A stretch of DNA of 64,000 nt from an uncultured Verrucomicrobiae bacterium (GTDB lineage Bacteria > Verrucomicrobiota > Verrucomicrobiia > Palsa-1439): positions 1 to 64,000 of the forward strand of contig CAWEWF010000007.1 in NCBI GenBank assembly GCA_963812605.1. Reading direction: 5' to 3'. The notes under the pieces are model-generated. The model saw only the letters and a program-made list of their open reading frames with translations, ran no database searches and was not told the DNA's origin. Each line of letters starts with the position of its first letter. Positions within the stretch are counted from its first letter, which is position 1. Positions 38,106-47,691 of the stretch are shown here, one piece after another. Position numbers and translations under genes: made by a program.

Positions 38106-39908
38106 ATGACAGAAGCGCAGCATCACGAAGAGCATCACGATAAGTTGCCGTTTTGGCGGCACTACATTTTCTCGACCGATCATAAGATGATCGGCATGCA
38201 GTACGGCCTGACCGCGCTGGTGTTTTTGCTTTTCGGCTTTTGCCTGATGCTGCTGATGCGCTGGCAACTGGCCTATCCCGGCCAGCCGCTGCCGATTGCC
38301 TTTTTGGCAAAGCTGCTTGGAGAATCCCGCATGCCCGGCGGGGTGATGGCGCCGGAGTTTTACAACCAGCTCGGCGCGATGCACGGCACGATCATGGTCT
38401 TTCTCGGCGTCGTGCCGCTGGCGGTGGGCGCGTTCGGGAATTATCTGGTGCCCCTGCAAATCGGCGCGCAGGACATGGCGTTCCCCAAGCTCAACATGTC
38501 CAGCTACTGGGTGTATTTTATCGGCGGCGTGGTCATGTTTGGCAGTTTCTTCGTGTCCGGCGGCTCGGCCCAGTCCGGTTGGACTTCATATCCGCCGCTT
38601 TCGGATGTTACCCCTCTTAGCCATTCGCTATTCACGGGCCAGTCCCTGTGGCTAACGGGCATGGTGTTCCTGATTACTTCGTCGCTTCTGGGTTCGGTCA
38701 ACACTATCACCACCATCATCCAGTTGCGGGCGAAGGGCCTGACGTGGATGCGGCTGCCATTTTTTGTGTGGGCGCAATTGGTCACGGGTTTCCTGCTGCT
38801 CCTCGCATTCCCGGCGCTGGAAGCCGCGGGTGTGATGCAATTGATGGATCGCATGGCGGGCACGAGCTTTTTCCTGCCCACCGGCCTGGTGATCAGCGGC
38901 AGGCCCCTCAACGTGAGCGGCGGCGGCAGCGCGTTGCTCTGGCAGCACCTCTTCTGGTTTCTGGCGCATCCCGAAGTGTACGTCTTAATCCTGCCCGCCA
39001 TGGGGATCGTCGCCGAGATCATCGCCAACAACACTCGCAAACCGCTGTGGGGCTACAAATCCCTGGTGTATTCGGTGGTTTTCCTCGGGTTCATGTCCTT
39101 CGTCGTCTGGGCCCATCACATGTTCCTGACGGGCATGGGCACGGCCATCAACGCCTTCTTCCAGACGACCACGATGATCATCTCCATCCCGTCGATCGTC
39201 ATCCTGACGGCGCTGATCCTCTCCCTGTGGGGCGGTTCCATCCGGTTCAACGTGCCGATGTTGTTCGCCCTCGCGTTCCTGCCGATGTTCGGCATTGGCG
39301 GCCTGACGGGCCTGCCGCTCGGGCTGGCGAGCGCGGATATTCATCTGCACGACACCTATTACGTCATTGGCCATTTCCACTACGTGGTCGCGCCGGGGAC
39401 GCTCTTCGCGCTCTTTGCGGGCATTTATTACTGGTTCCCGAAGGTCAGCGGCAAACAGATGAATGAGTTCCTCGGCAAATTCCATTTCTGGGGCTCGCTC
39501 ATCTTTATGAACGGCATCTTCATGCCGATGTTCATCGTTGGCATGGCAGGTGTGTCGCGCCGTCTATACGACGGCGGCAGCTCTTATCTCCACGCTCAGA
39601 ACATTCTTTTCCTGAACAAGGTCATGTCGCACTCGGCGTGGGGCCTGGCAGTCATTCAACTTTTCTTCATCGTGAACTTCTTCTGGAGTCTTTTTGCCGG
39701 ACGGAAGGTGACCAACGACAATCCGTGGGAGGCCACGACCCTCGAATGGGCCACCCCGACTCCGCCGCCACACGGGAATTTCCTCACGGTCCCCGAAGTC
39801 TTCCGCGGACCCTACGAGTACAGCGTGCCCGGTGAGGAAAGGGATTTTCTCCCGCAGAATGAACCCGACAAGAAGCCGGACGACCCGAATAACCGAGGAA
39901 AGAAATAG
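38106..39908 (+). CDS. ctaD: Cytochrome c oxidase subunit I (A1-type heme-copper oxidase)
   Basis: TDHKMIG, MHGTIMVF, GWTSYPPLS, AHPEVY, WAHHMF, HDTYYVIGHFHY. Confidence 0.97.
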   Translation: MTEAQHHEEHHDKLPFWRHYIFSTDHKMIGMQYGLTALVFLLFGFCLMLLMRWQLAYPGQPLPIAFLAKLLGESRMPGGVMAPEFYNQLGAMHGTIMVFLGVVPLAVGAFGNYLVPLQIGAQDMAFPKLNMSSYWVYFIGGVVMFGSFFVSGGSAQSGWTSYPPLSDVTPLSHSLFTGQSLWLTGMVFLITSSLLGSVNTITTIIQLRAKGLTWMRLPFFVWAQLVTGFLLLLAFPALEAAGVMQLMDRMAGTSFFLPTGLVISGRPLNVSGGGSALLWQHLFWFLAHPEVYVLILPAMGIVAEIIANNTRKPLWGYKSLVYSVVFLGFMSFVVWAHHMFLTGMGTAINAFFQTTTMIISIPSIVILTALILSLWGGSIRFNVPMLFALAFLPMFGIGGLTGLPLGLASADIHLHDTYYVIGHFHYVVAPGTLFALFAGIYYWFPKVSGKQMNEFLGKFHFWGSLIFMNGIFMPMFIVGMAGVSRRLYDGGSSYLHAQNILFLNKVMSHSAWGLAVIQLFFIVNFFWSLFAGRKVTNDNPWEATTLEWATPTPPPHGNFLTVPEVFRGPYEYSVPGEERDFLPQNEPDKKPDDPNNRGKK

Positions 39909-40523
39909 ATGTCTACTGCCATTGAGATTCCTTATAACTCGACCGAGCGACCGGATACCGGCCTCTACAACGCCAAGCTGGGCATCTGGCTCTTTCTCGC
40001 CTCGGAAGTGATGCTGTTCGGCGCGTTATTCTCGACGTATGTGCTGCTGCGCACCGGCGCGGAAACGTGGGAAAACGGCGCCAAAATCGGCCTGAATATT
40101 CCCCTGGCCACCATCAATACGCTGGTGCTGATCATCTCCAGCGTGACGATGGTCATGAGTTGGGCCTCCCTCAAGATGAAAAACCTGGGCCGGTATAAAC
40201 TCTTCATGGGCGTGACGATCCTTTGCGGCGTGGTCTTTCTGGTCATCAAGGGTTTTGAGTACGCGCATAAATTCGAGCACGGGATCTGGCCCGCGACGAG
40301 CACCTTCATGGCAATCTACTTTACGATGACCGGACTGCACGGATTGCACGTCATTGGAGGGATGATTGTCAATTCCTACCTCTGGGGACCCGGCACCAAG
40401 ATGTGGCAGACCGACCCCGAGCGCTTCACCAATCGCATCGAAGTCGCCGGCCTGTACTGGCACTTCGTCGACCTCGTATGGATTTTCCTGTTTCCCGTGC
40501 TTTACCTTTTGCCGGGGAAATAA
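39909..40523 (+). CDS. ctaE: Cytochrome c oxidase subunit III
   Basis: WLFLASEVMLF, TGLHGLHV, YWHFVDLVW. Confidence 0.96.
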   Translation: MSTAIEIPYNSTERPDTGLYNAKLGIWLFLASEVMLFGALFSTYVLLRTGAETWENGAKIGLNIPLATINTLVLIISSVTMVMSWASLKMKNLGRYKLFMGVTILCGVVFLVIKGFEYAHKFEHGIWPATSTFMAIYFTMTGLHGLHVIGGMIVNSYLWGPGTKMWQTDPERFTNRIEVAGLYWHFVDLVWIFLFPVLYLLPGK

Positions 40524-40538
40524 ATGGATCGAGAACCC

Positions 40539-40895
40539 ATGAGCGATACACATCACGAAAACGTTCAAAGTCACGTGAAGACCTACATTAGGGTCTTCGT
40601 TGCGCTGGCGGTTGGCACGGTTGTCACGGTGTTGGCCTCCTACACCCACTTGGGCATCATCCTCGGCATTGTCGTGGCGTTGATCATTGCTACAGTCAAA
40701 GGCTCGCTCGTGGCAGCTTTTTTCATGCACTTGTCTGCCGAGCGAAAAATGATCTACTGGGTGCTCGTGCTCACGGCGACATTTATTGTGGTGATGATCG
40801 GGTTGATCATGTTTGCCCGCGAGGACCAACAGGGACGCCAACAGGGGATTTTCGCCGTGCCGCAGCGACACGTGCCGGCGGCAACGGCGGAGTAA
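40539..40895 (+). CDS. ctaF: Cytochrome c oxidase subunit IV family protein
   Basis: YIRVF..L, IATVKGSLVAAFFMHL. Confidence 0.88.
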   Translation: MSDTHHENVQSHVKTYIRVFVALAVGTVVTVLASYTHLGIILGIVVALIIATVKGSLVAAFFMHLSAERKMIYWVLVLTATFIVVMIGLIMFAREDQQGRQQGIFAVPQRHVPAATAE

Positions 40896-40897
40896 AC

Positions 40898-41098
40898 ATG
40901 TCACTGAAAACATTCCATATTATCTTCGTTACGATGGCCGTTTTGTTGTGCCTGGTTTTTGGCGGTTGGTGCCTCAGTTCGGATTACGCAAAGGGACGCA
41001 CGGGCTATGCGATTACCGGATACGTCTCCTTTGGCTTTGGCGTGTTGCTGGTGCTGTACGAGATCGTGTTTCTCAAGAGTTTGAAGGAGAAGAAATAG
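40898..41098 (+). CDS. Small two-TM protein in the oxidase operon
   Basis: MSLKTFHIIFV...; tightly spaced with its neighbours. Confidence 0.75.
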   Translation: MSLKTFHIIFVTMAVLLCLVFGGWCLSSDYAKGRTGYAITGYVSFGFGVLLVLYEIVFLKSLKEKK

Positions 41099-41102
41099 GA
41101 CG

Positions 41103-41351
41103 ATGAACATCTTTTGCCGCGCCAGGAAATTGATGGTGCTCGCGCTGGTCGGCGCAATGGCTTTGGCGCCACGCCTGTTGCTGGCGTGCGCTGTCTGTTA
41201 CGGGGCGCCCGGAGCGCCGCAGACGCGTGGCATGAATTTCGGCGTTTTCACCATGCTGGGTGTCACGGGGGTGGTGCTGGGTGGTTTTGGCGGCCTGTTT
41301 TTTAGTTTCGCGCGACGGGCGCGCCGTCACAGCGCGGAATTGACGCCATAA
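41103..41351 (+). CDS. Small membrane protein with a CAVC motif
   Basis: AGGA SD; signal-like N-terminus, ACAVCYG, one TM. Confidence 0.7.
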   Translation: MNIFCRARKLMVLALVGAMALAPRLLLACAVCYGAPGAPQTRGMNFGVFTMLGVTGVVLGGFGGLFFSFARRARRHSAELTP

Positions 41352-41376
41352 CGATTCAAGCGAAAAGGACTGAACC

Positions 41377-42324
41377 ATGTTGCAGAAGTTTTTAGGATTA
41401 CCGATCAACGCCTCCGAACAGGGGGCGCAGATGGACTGGCTGATTCTCTACGTACACATCCTGATGCTGGTCCTGTTCGTGGGCTGGATTATCTTTTTCT
41501 TCTATACGCTCTTTCGCTTCAGCAAGGGTCGCAACCCCAGGGCGGATTATACCGGCGTCAAGACGCACGCTTCTTCGTATCTGGAGGTGGCCATCGCCGC
41601 GATCGAAGTCGTCTTGTTGGTTGGCATCTCGATTCCCTTCTGGTCGTGGAAAGTCAGCGCGTTCCCGACCGAACCGAATACGGTGCACGTGCGCGTGGTC
41701 GCCCAGCAGTTCGCGTGGAACATCCACTATCCCGGTCCCGACGGCATTTTCGGCCACACGGACATCAAATTGGTCAACGAGGAGTCGAACCCCATCGGGC
41801 TCGATCGCAAAGGTGATCCGCACGCGAAGGACGACATCGTGACCCTGAACCAGCTTCATCTTCCCGTGAACCGCCCCGCGGTCATCGAGATCACGACCAA
41901 GGATGTGATCCACAGCTTTTTCCTGCCCGTCATGCGCGTGAAGCAGGACGCCATCCCGGGCATGCTGATTCCCATTCACTTTGTCCCGACCAAGACTTCC
42001 GATGAGATGCGCGAGGAATTGGCGATGACCCTCACGCTTCCCACAACGAAGAACCTGGATATTTACGTATCGATGGAAGAATACAAGGCGGCGGACGGCA
42101 CGGTCCTAGTGAAAAAGGGCCGTTCCATTAACGGCGAAACGGCCGCCAAGCTGGTGGCCAACGGCATTACCACGGTCCGTATCGCGCCGCACTACCCGGC
42201 GGAAATTGCCTGCGCCCAACTCTGCGGCCTGAGCCACTATCGCATGCGGGGTTACCTCACGATCGACAGCGAGAAGGATTACGCGGCGTGGTTGAAAGAC
42301 CAGGAGGATTCAATCGAGGAGTAG
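41377..42324 (+). CDS. ctaC: Cytochrome c oxidase subunit II (CuA) with an internal insertion and no fused cytochrome c
   Basis: AQQFAW, DVIHSF, KQDAIPG, CAQLCGLSHYRM. Confidence 0.95.
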   Translation: MLQKFLGLPINASEQGAQMDWLILYVHILMLVLFVGWIIFFFYTLFRFSKGRNPRADYTGVKTHASSYLEVAIAAIEVVLLVGISIPFWSWKVSAFPTEPNTVHVRVVAQQFAWNIHYPGPDGIFGHTDIKLVNEESNPIGLDRKGDPHAKDDIVTLNQLHLPVNRPAVIEITTKDVIHSFFLPVMRVKQDAIPGMLIPIHFVPTKTSDEMREELAMTLTLPTTKNLDIYVSMEEYKAADGTVLVKKGRSINGETAAKLVANGITTVRIAPHYPAEIACAQLCGLSHYRMRGYLTIDSEKDYAAWLKDQEDSIEE

Positions 42325-42355
42325 CCCCGGCGACCCAGGGCTTGCGCTGATCGAG

Positions 42356-43282
42356 ATGAATAATCACTTTAACCATTGGCTGCACCGCTTCGCCTGTCTG
42401 CTGGCTTTCGCGACGTTTCTCCTCATTGTTGCGGGCGCGAACGTGACCAGCCACCGCGCGGGCCTGTCGGTCCCCGATTGGCCGACCACGTACGGCAGGT
42501 TCATGTTCTCTTTCCCGATATCGAAGTGGGTCGGCAACATCCGCTACGAACACGTGCATCGGCTGATCGCCAGCGTGGTCGGAATGTTGACTGTCGCCCT
42601 CGCATTTTGGCTGGTGCGGAAGGAGCCGCGCCGCTGGGTGCGCCGGCTGGGTATCACCGCGCTGGGTGTGGTGATTGCCCAGGGAGTGTTGGGCGGGTTG
42701 ACGGTCAAATTGATGCTCCCACCACCGATTTCCATCGCCCACGCGAGCCTCGCGGAAGCCTTTCTCTGCATCACGATGGCTTTGGCGCTGGTCACTTCCG
42801 AACGCTGGATGCAAGCGTCACCGGCCATCGAAACTGTCAATGCCAGGTTGATTCGAAGATTTGCACTGGCCTCGACGATCGCCATCTATTTGCAGATCAT
42901 CCTCGGGGCGACGATTCGTCATTCGGAATCAGGTGTTCTCGCGCATATCGTCGGCGCCGTCGTGATCTTTGGCTTTGTCATTATCAGCGTGGTGGTCGCT
43001 CTGCTCACTTGGAAACAAAGGGAATTCCTGCGACACTCGGTTCTATTGCTCGGCCTGGTCACCGCGCAGATCGCGTTGGGTTTGGTGACGTTGATGGTAC
43101 GCGTGCCGAAGAATGTCGATGGTCAATTGTCGGCGGTCCAGATGCTGGTGCCGACACTGCATCTTGCGCTGGGAGCGCTGGTTTTGGCGGTAAGTCTGGC
43201 GATCACCTTGAAGACCTACCGCTTCCTGGCTATGCCGAGGGAAGAAGCGGCACTGCCCTTTGCCGCAGGGGCGCTCTCATGA
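42356..43282 (+). CDS. ctaA: Heme A synthase (COX15/CtaA)
   Basis: GLSVPDWP, EHVHRL, QGVLGGLTV, H.SLA. Confidence 0.9.
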   Translation: MNNHFNHWLHRFACLLAFATFLLIVAGANVTSHRAGLSVPDWPTTYGRFMFSFPISKWVGNIRYEHVHRLIASVVGMLTVALAFWLVRKEPRRWVRRLGITALGVVIAQGVLGGLTVKLMLPPPISIAHASLAEAFLCITMALALVTSERWMQASPAIETVNARLIRRFALASTIAIYLQIILGATIRHSESGVLAHIVGAVVIFGFVIISVVVALLTWKQREFLRHSVLLLGLVTAQIALGLVTLMVRVPKNVDGQLSAVQMLVPTLHLALGALVLAVSLAITLKTYRFLAMPREEAALPFAAGALS

Positions 43283-44136
43283 AGAGTCTTTCCCCCTACA
43301 TCGAATTGGCCAAGCCGCGCATCCTTTCGATGGTGCTGGTGACAACAACCATCGGTTATTTTCTCGCGGCGAAGGGCATCCACCCGCTGGGGACACTTTT
43401 CCTGACATTGCTCGGAGTGGGTCTTGCGGTGGGCGGTTCGGCGGCGTTGAACAATTATCTGGAGCGCGATGTAGACGGCAAGATGGTGCGCACCCGTGAT
43501 CGCGCTTTGCCGGCGGGCTTGATCCAGCCGGCGAATGCCCTCGCTTACGGGATCAGTCTCGTGCTGCTCGGATTATTTATCCTGGTTTGGGCGGTCAATT
43601 TACTCACGGGCTTTCTCGTTCTGCTGGCGGCGTTTCTTTACGTGCTGGTTTACACGCCGATGAAGCGGCTGACGTGGTTGAACACGACGTTTGGCGCGAT
43701 TCCTGGCGCGATTCCGCCGCTCTGCGGTTGGGCCGCCGCCACGGGCCGACTCGACGCCGGCGCGTGGGTGCTTTTCCTGATTCTCTTTGCGTGGCAACAC
43801 CCGCATTTCTACGCGATTGCCTGGATGTTCAAGGACGACTACCGTGACGCGGGTTTCAAAATGCTGCCCGTCGTCGATCCGAGCGGCGTCAGTACGTTTC
43901 GCCAGACGATTTTGTTTGCCATCCTCTTGCTGGGCGTATCGGTGCTTCCCACCATGATCGGCATGACGGGAAGGGTTTACTGCGTTGGGGCGCTCATGAT
44001 GGGGCTGTCGCTGCTGGTGGTCGGCGTATTGTTCACCCGCTCGAAATCATTTCTCGACGCGCGTCGGTTGCTCAAGGCTTCGGTCATTTACCTTCCACTA
44101 CTACTACTACTCATCATCATCGACGCCGGCTTTTAG
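43279..44136 (+). CDS. ctaB: Protoheme IX farnesyltransferase
   Basis: LAKPRI, NNYLERDVDGKMVRTRDRALP, YTPMKR, WQHPHF. Confidence 0.96.
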   Translation: MKSLSPYIELAKPRILSMVLVTTTIGYFLAAKGIHPLGTLFLTLLGVGLAVGGSAALNNYLERDVDGKMVRTRDRALPAGLIQPANALAYGISLVLLGLFILVWAVNLLTGFLVLLAAFLYVLVYTPMKRLTWLNTTFGAIPGAIPPLCGWAAATGRLDAGAWVLFLILFAWQHPHFYAIAWMFKDDYRDAGFKMLPVVDPSGVSTFRQTILFAILLLGVSVLPTMIGMTGRVYCVGALMMGLSLLVVGVLFTRSKSFLDARRLLKASVIYLPLLLLLIIIDAGF

Positions 44137-44148
44137 GAGTTGATCCAG

Positions 44149-45081
44149 ATGAGCGACTCTCTTCTCGTGGTCGAAGCGCTGACACACCGCTACGGCGAGC
44201 GTACGGCCCTCAAGAACGTCAGTTTTCAGGTCGCCAAGGGTGAAATCTTCGGTCTGCTCGGCCCGAACGGTGGCGGCAAGACCACGCTCTTTCGCATCCT
44301 CAGCACCTTGGCTGCGCCCAGCGAGGGAAGCGTGCGCATGTTCGGTGTTGACGTGGTCCGCGAGCAGGGCGAAATTCGCCGCCGCATCGGCGTGGTCTTT
44401 CAATCACCGAGCCTGGACCGCAAATTGACCGTGCTCGAGAACCTCCGCCATCAGGGTCATCTCTACAATCTTCGGGGCCAGGGATTGCAGTCGCGGATCG
44501 ATCAGTTGCTCTCACGGTTCGGAATGGCGGATCGCAAAGGTGATCTCGTGGAAACGCTTTCGGGCGGGCAGCGGCGGCGGGTGGAATTGGCGAAGGGTTT
44601 GTTGCACAAGCCGCAGGTGCTTTTGCTCGACGAACCGAGCACCGGGCTCGATCCCCGCGTGCGGCGCGAATTGTCGGATTATCTCGAACGCTTGCGCGAT
44701 GAAGACGGCATGACCATTTTGTTGACGACGCATTTGATGGAGGAAGCGGATCGGTGCGACCGTCTTGCCATTCTGGACCGCGGCGAACTCGTGGCGCTCA
44801 GCACACCGCGCGAATTGAAAGAACAGATCGGCGGCGACGTGATTTCGGTGGAGACCCGGCAACCGCAGCCGTTGGCCGAACAAATCAGCCAGCGGTTTGG
44901 CATCGAGGCGCGGGTCCTGGATGGCAGCGTGCGCGTCGAGCGTGCCAACGGCCACAAATTCATCACGGAACTGGTCGAGGCGTTCCCCGGTCAGATTGAC
45001 GCCATCAGCATTCACAAGCCGACGCTGGAAGATGTGTTCGTTCGTCGCACTGGTCGTCGATTCGAGGAGGCGCCGGCGTGA
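44149..45081 (+). CDS. ABC-2 exporter ATP-binding protein
   Basis: GPNGGGKTT, LSGGQ, LLLDEP, TTH. Confidence 0.95.
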   Translation: MSDSLLVVEALTHRYGERTALKNVSFQVAKGEIFGLLGPNGGGKTTLFRILSTLAAPSEGSVRMFGVDVVREQGEIRRRIGVVFQSPSLDRKLTVLENLRHQGHLYNLRGQGLQSRIDQLLSRFGMADRKGDLVETLSGGQRRRVELAKGLLHKPQVLLLDEPSTGLDPRVRRELSDYLERLRDEDGMTILLTTHLMEEADRCDRLAILDRGELVALSTPRELKEQIGGDVISVETRQPQPLAEQISQRFGIEARVLDGSVRVERANGHKFITELVEAFPGQIDAISIHKPTLEDVFVRRTGRRFEEAPA

Positions 45082-45890
45082 GCACCAAAGCGGAGAGTAA
45101 TTATTTCCTCTTGCCCGCGCTCACGCTCTGGTGGCGGGAAATGGTGCGGTTCTTCCGCCAGGGGAACCGGGTCGTCGGCGCCCTCGGCACCCCGTTGGTG
45201 TTCTGGCTGTTGCTCGGGTCGGGACTCGGCAAGTCTTTTAGCGCGCCCTCAGCGCCCGAGGGACATGGCTATTTGGAATATTTTTTCGGGGGCACGATTG
45301 TGCTGGTGCTGTTGTTCACGGCGATATTTTCGACGATTTCGATCATTGAAGACCGACGCGAAGGATTCCTACAAGGGGTGCTCGTGGCGCCAGTGGGGCG
45401 ATTTGCGCTGGTATTGGGAAAGATCCTCGGCGGGACAACATTGGCGCTCGTGCAGGGATTGATGTTTCTGTTGCTGGCGCCCTTCGTGGGCATTTCCTTC
45501 AGCGTCGCGTCGGTGATTTGGCTGGTTGTGGTGATGTTTTTGCTGTCATTTGCGTTGACTGGCCTCGGATTTCTGCTGGCCTGGCGGATGGACTCTACCC
45601 AGGGGTTCCACGCCATCATGAACCTGTTTCTGATTCCGCTGTGGCTTTTGTCCGGTGCGGTGTTCCCGCCTTCCGGCGCGCCGGCATTCATGCGCTGGAT
45701 CATGGTTTGCAATCCGGTTTCCTATGGCGTGGTTGCAATCCGTCACGGACTCTACTGGAACACGCCGCTCGCTACGGCTGGGATGCCGTCGCGTGAACTG
45801 AGTTTGATTGTGACTGTGGCGTTCGCGGCCGTCATGTTTCTGTTGTCGCTGTTGGCGGCACAGCGGACGACCCGGGGGGATTTGCAATGA
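45078..45890 (+). CDS. ABC-2 exporter permease
   Basis: Six TM segments; IIEDRREGFL, LSGAVFP, NPVSY. Confidence 0.92.
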   Translation: MSTKAESNYFLLPALTLWWREMVRFFRQGNRVVGALGTPLVFWLLLGSGLGKSFSAPSAPEGHGYLEYFFGGTIVLVLLFTAIFSTISIIEDRREGFLQGVLVAPVGRFALVLGKILGGTTLALVQGLMFLLLAPFVGISFSVASVIWLVVVMFLLSFALTGLGFLLAWRMDSTQGFHAIMNLFLIPLWLLSGAVFPPSGAPAFMRWIMVCNPVSYGVVAIRHGLYWNTPLATAGMPSRELSLIVTVAFAAVMFLLSLLAAQRTTRGDLQ

Positions 45891-46510
45891 AAGTGAAGAC
45901 CATTTTGAATATCGGGGTGATCAGCACTTTTGTCATCGTGGTGGGATCGGTCATGATGATCGTGATGCGTGGGGCGCCCACGCGGGCCTCGGCGATGGAT
46001 GTGCCCGTGCTGGGTTCGGTGCCGGAGTTTTCGCTGACGGAGGCGAACGGCACGGCGTTGCGACGGGCGGATTTGCTTGGGAAGGTTTGGGTTGCCAGCT
46101 TTCTCTTTACGCGCTGCGGCGAAGCCTGTCCACTCATGATGCAACATGAAGCACGGTTGCAACCCGACCTGCCGTTGCGCGATGACTTGCGGCTCGTGAG
46201 TTTTTCAGTTGATCCCGACTGGGACACGCCGAAAGTGCTGACGGAGTATGCGCACACGTTTGGCGCGGACCGGAACCGCTGGTTGTTTCTTACCGGCGAC
46301 AAGAAGCAGGTCTATTACCTGGCCAGCGACGGGTTTCACCTGGCCGCGCAGCCCGCAGACCCGGCCAAGGACATGCCGATCCTGCACAGCACGAAGCTCG
46401 TATTGGTGGACCGCGGCGGGGCGATTCGCGGTTATTACGACAGCTCGGATCCCGCCGAGATGGAGAAACTCATCCGTGATGTGCGGCAGGTGCTGGCCGA
46501 GCGGTCATGA
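45887..46510 (+). CDS. SCO1/SenC copper chaperone
   Basis: FTRCGEACP, SVDP..DTP, HSTKLVLVD. Confidence 0.95.
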   Translation: MKVKTILNIGVISTFVIVVGSVMMIVMRGAPTRASAMDVPVLGSVPEFSLTEANGTALRRADLLGKVWVASFLFTRCGEACPLMMQHEARLQPDLPLRDDLRLVSFSVDPDWDTPKVLTEYAHTFGADRNRWLFLTGDKKQVYYLASDGFHLAAQPADPAKDMPILHSTKLVLVDRGGAIRGYYDSSDPAEMEKLIRDVRQVLAERS

Positions 46511-46938
46511 TCAGCACGTCTCAACTACCGGTCTTGAACGCCACTTTGAACGCGACCAGCGCCGTATTTCTTGCGTTTGGTTACGGCTTCATTCGCCAGA
46601 AGCGTGTGGCGGCGCATCGCGCCTGTATGTTGGTGGCGGTGGTGGTGTCGGTAGTATTCCTAGTTTCGTATGTAACCTATCACGTGCAAGTGGGCAGCAA
46701 GCATTTCCCCGGACAGGGACTGGCAAGGCCCGTGTACTTCACCATCCTGTTCACGCATACCGTGCTCGCGATGGCCGTGGCGCTTTTTCTAGCGCCCGTG
46801 ACGCTGGTCCGCGCCTTGCGCGAACGATTCGATCAACACAAGCGGATCGCGCGCTGGACGCTACCGATTTGGTTTTACGTCTCGGTGACCGGTGTGATTA
46901 TCTACTTCATGCTCTACCACTGGTATGCGCCTGCGTAA
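46507..46938 (+). CDS. DUF420 (CtaM-like) membrane protein
   Basis: LNATLN, HRACM, FLVSYVTYH, HKRIARWTLPIWFYVSVTG. Confidence 0.92.
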   Translation: MISTSQLPVLNATLNATSAVFLAFGYGFIRQKRVAAHRACMLVAVVVSVVFLVSYVTYHVQVGSKHFPGQGLARPVYFTILFTHTVLAMAVALFLAPVTLVRALRERFDQHKRIARWTLPIWFYVSVTGVIIYFMLYHWYAPA

Positions 46939-47668
46939 GCCGATTTTCTGGTTGATGCTGGCGGCGCTCCTGGCCGGGACTGCGATCCTGGCGGACGCGG
47001 AAAACGGGCAGGGCATTATTTCGGGCACGGTTCGCCTGGTGGGTCCTCCTCCGAGCATCCCCACCGTGCTGCCCCAAATGGATTTCGATATGTGCGGCTC
47101 CGCGGCACGACCAATGCAGTCGCTATTATTGGGGTCGAACCAGGTCGTCCGCAATGTCATCGTCTACCTGGCCGGTTACCCGCAAAGCAGTGTCGAGAGC
47201 GGGACCAACGACGCAATTATCGTCGATCAACGCGACTGTGAGTTTGTCCCTCGCATCCAGATCGCCCGCAGTGGCGTGCCGTTGATCCTGAAGAACAGTG
47301 ATCCGATCCTGCACGTCGTGCGCATTGATTTGATGAGCAGCACCAATGGGCCGCGAACGCTCTTAAAAGCTGCCACGCCTTACGCCGGTTATCAAAAAGT
47401 CTATCAACTCGCCAATTTTCACGAACCAACCCTGCTGCAGGTGACTTCCGTCAACGGCCACGAGTGGATGGCCGCTTACATCGCCGTTATGCCGCACCCC
47501 TGGGCCGCGCTTACCGACGAGAACGGGCGGTTTACGCTGCGCAATGTGCCAGTGGGAACGCACAAAATCTACGCCTGGCACGAAGCCCTGGGCACGCTGG
47601 TGCACGACGTGCGCGTCAATGGTGCAGGCAGTACCACGGCGGAGTTTCGTTTTTCAGCCTCACGCTAG
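46925..47668 (+). CDS. Exported paralog of the 37284 protein with a degenerate copper motif
   Basis: DQRDCEFVPR, NSDPILH, GHEWM (no Cys), AWHEALG. Confidence 0.75.
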   Translation: MRLRKPIFWLMLAALLAGTAILADAENGQGIISGTVRLVGPPPSIPTVLPQMDFDMCGSAARPMQSLLLGSNQVVRNVIVYLAGYPQSSVESGTNDAIIVDQRDCEFVPRIQIARSGVPLILKNSDPILHVVRIDLMSSTNGPRTLLKAATPYAGYQKVYQLANFHEPTLLQVTSVNGHEWMAAYIAVMPHPWAALTDENGRFTLRNVPVGTHKIYAWHEALGTLVHDVRVNGAGSTTAEFRFSASR

Positions 47669-47691
47669 CGGTCAGTTGCCGAACGCAGATG

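Noticed and set aside
42376-44136. 586-aa ORF suggesting a ctaA-ctaB fusion
   Set aside because: The N-terminal part is an alternative frame of ctaA; the real ctaB starts at 43279 with an ATGA overlap.
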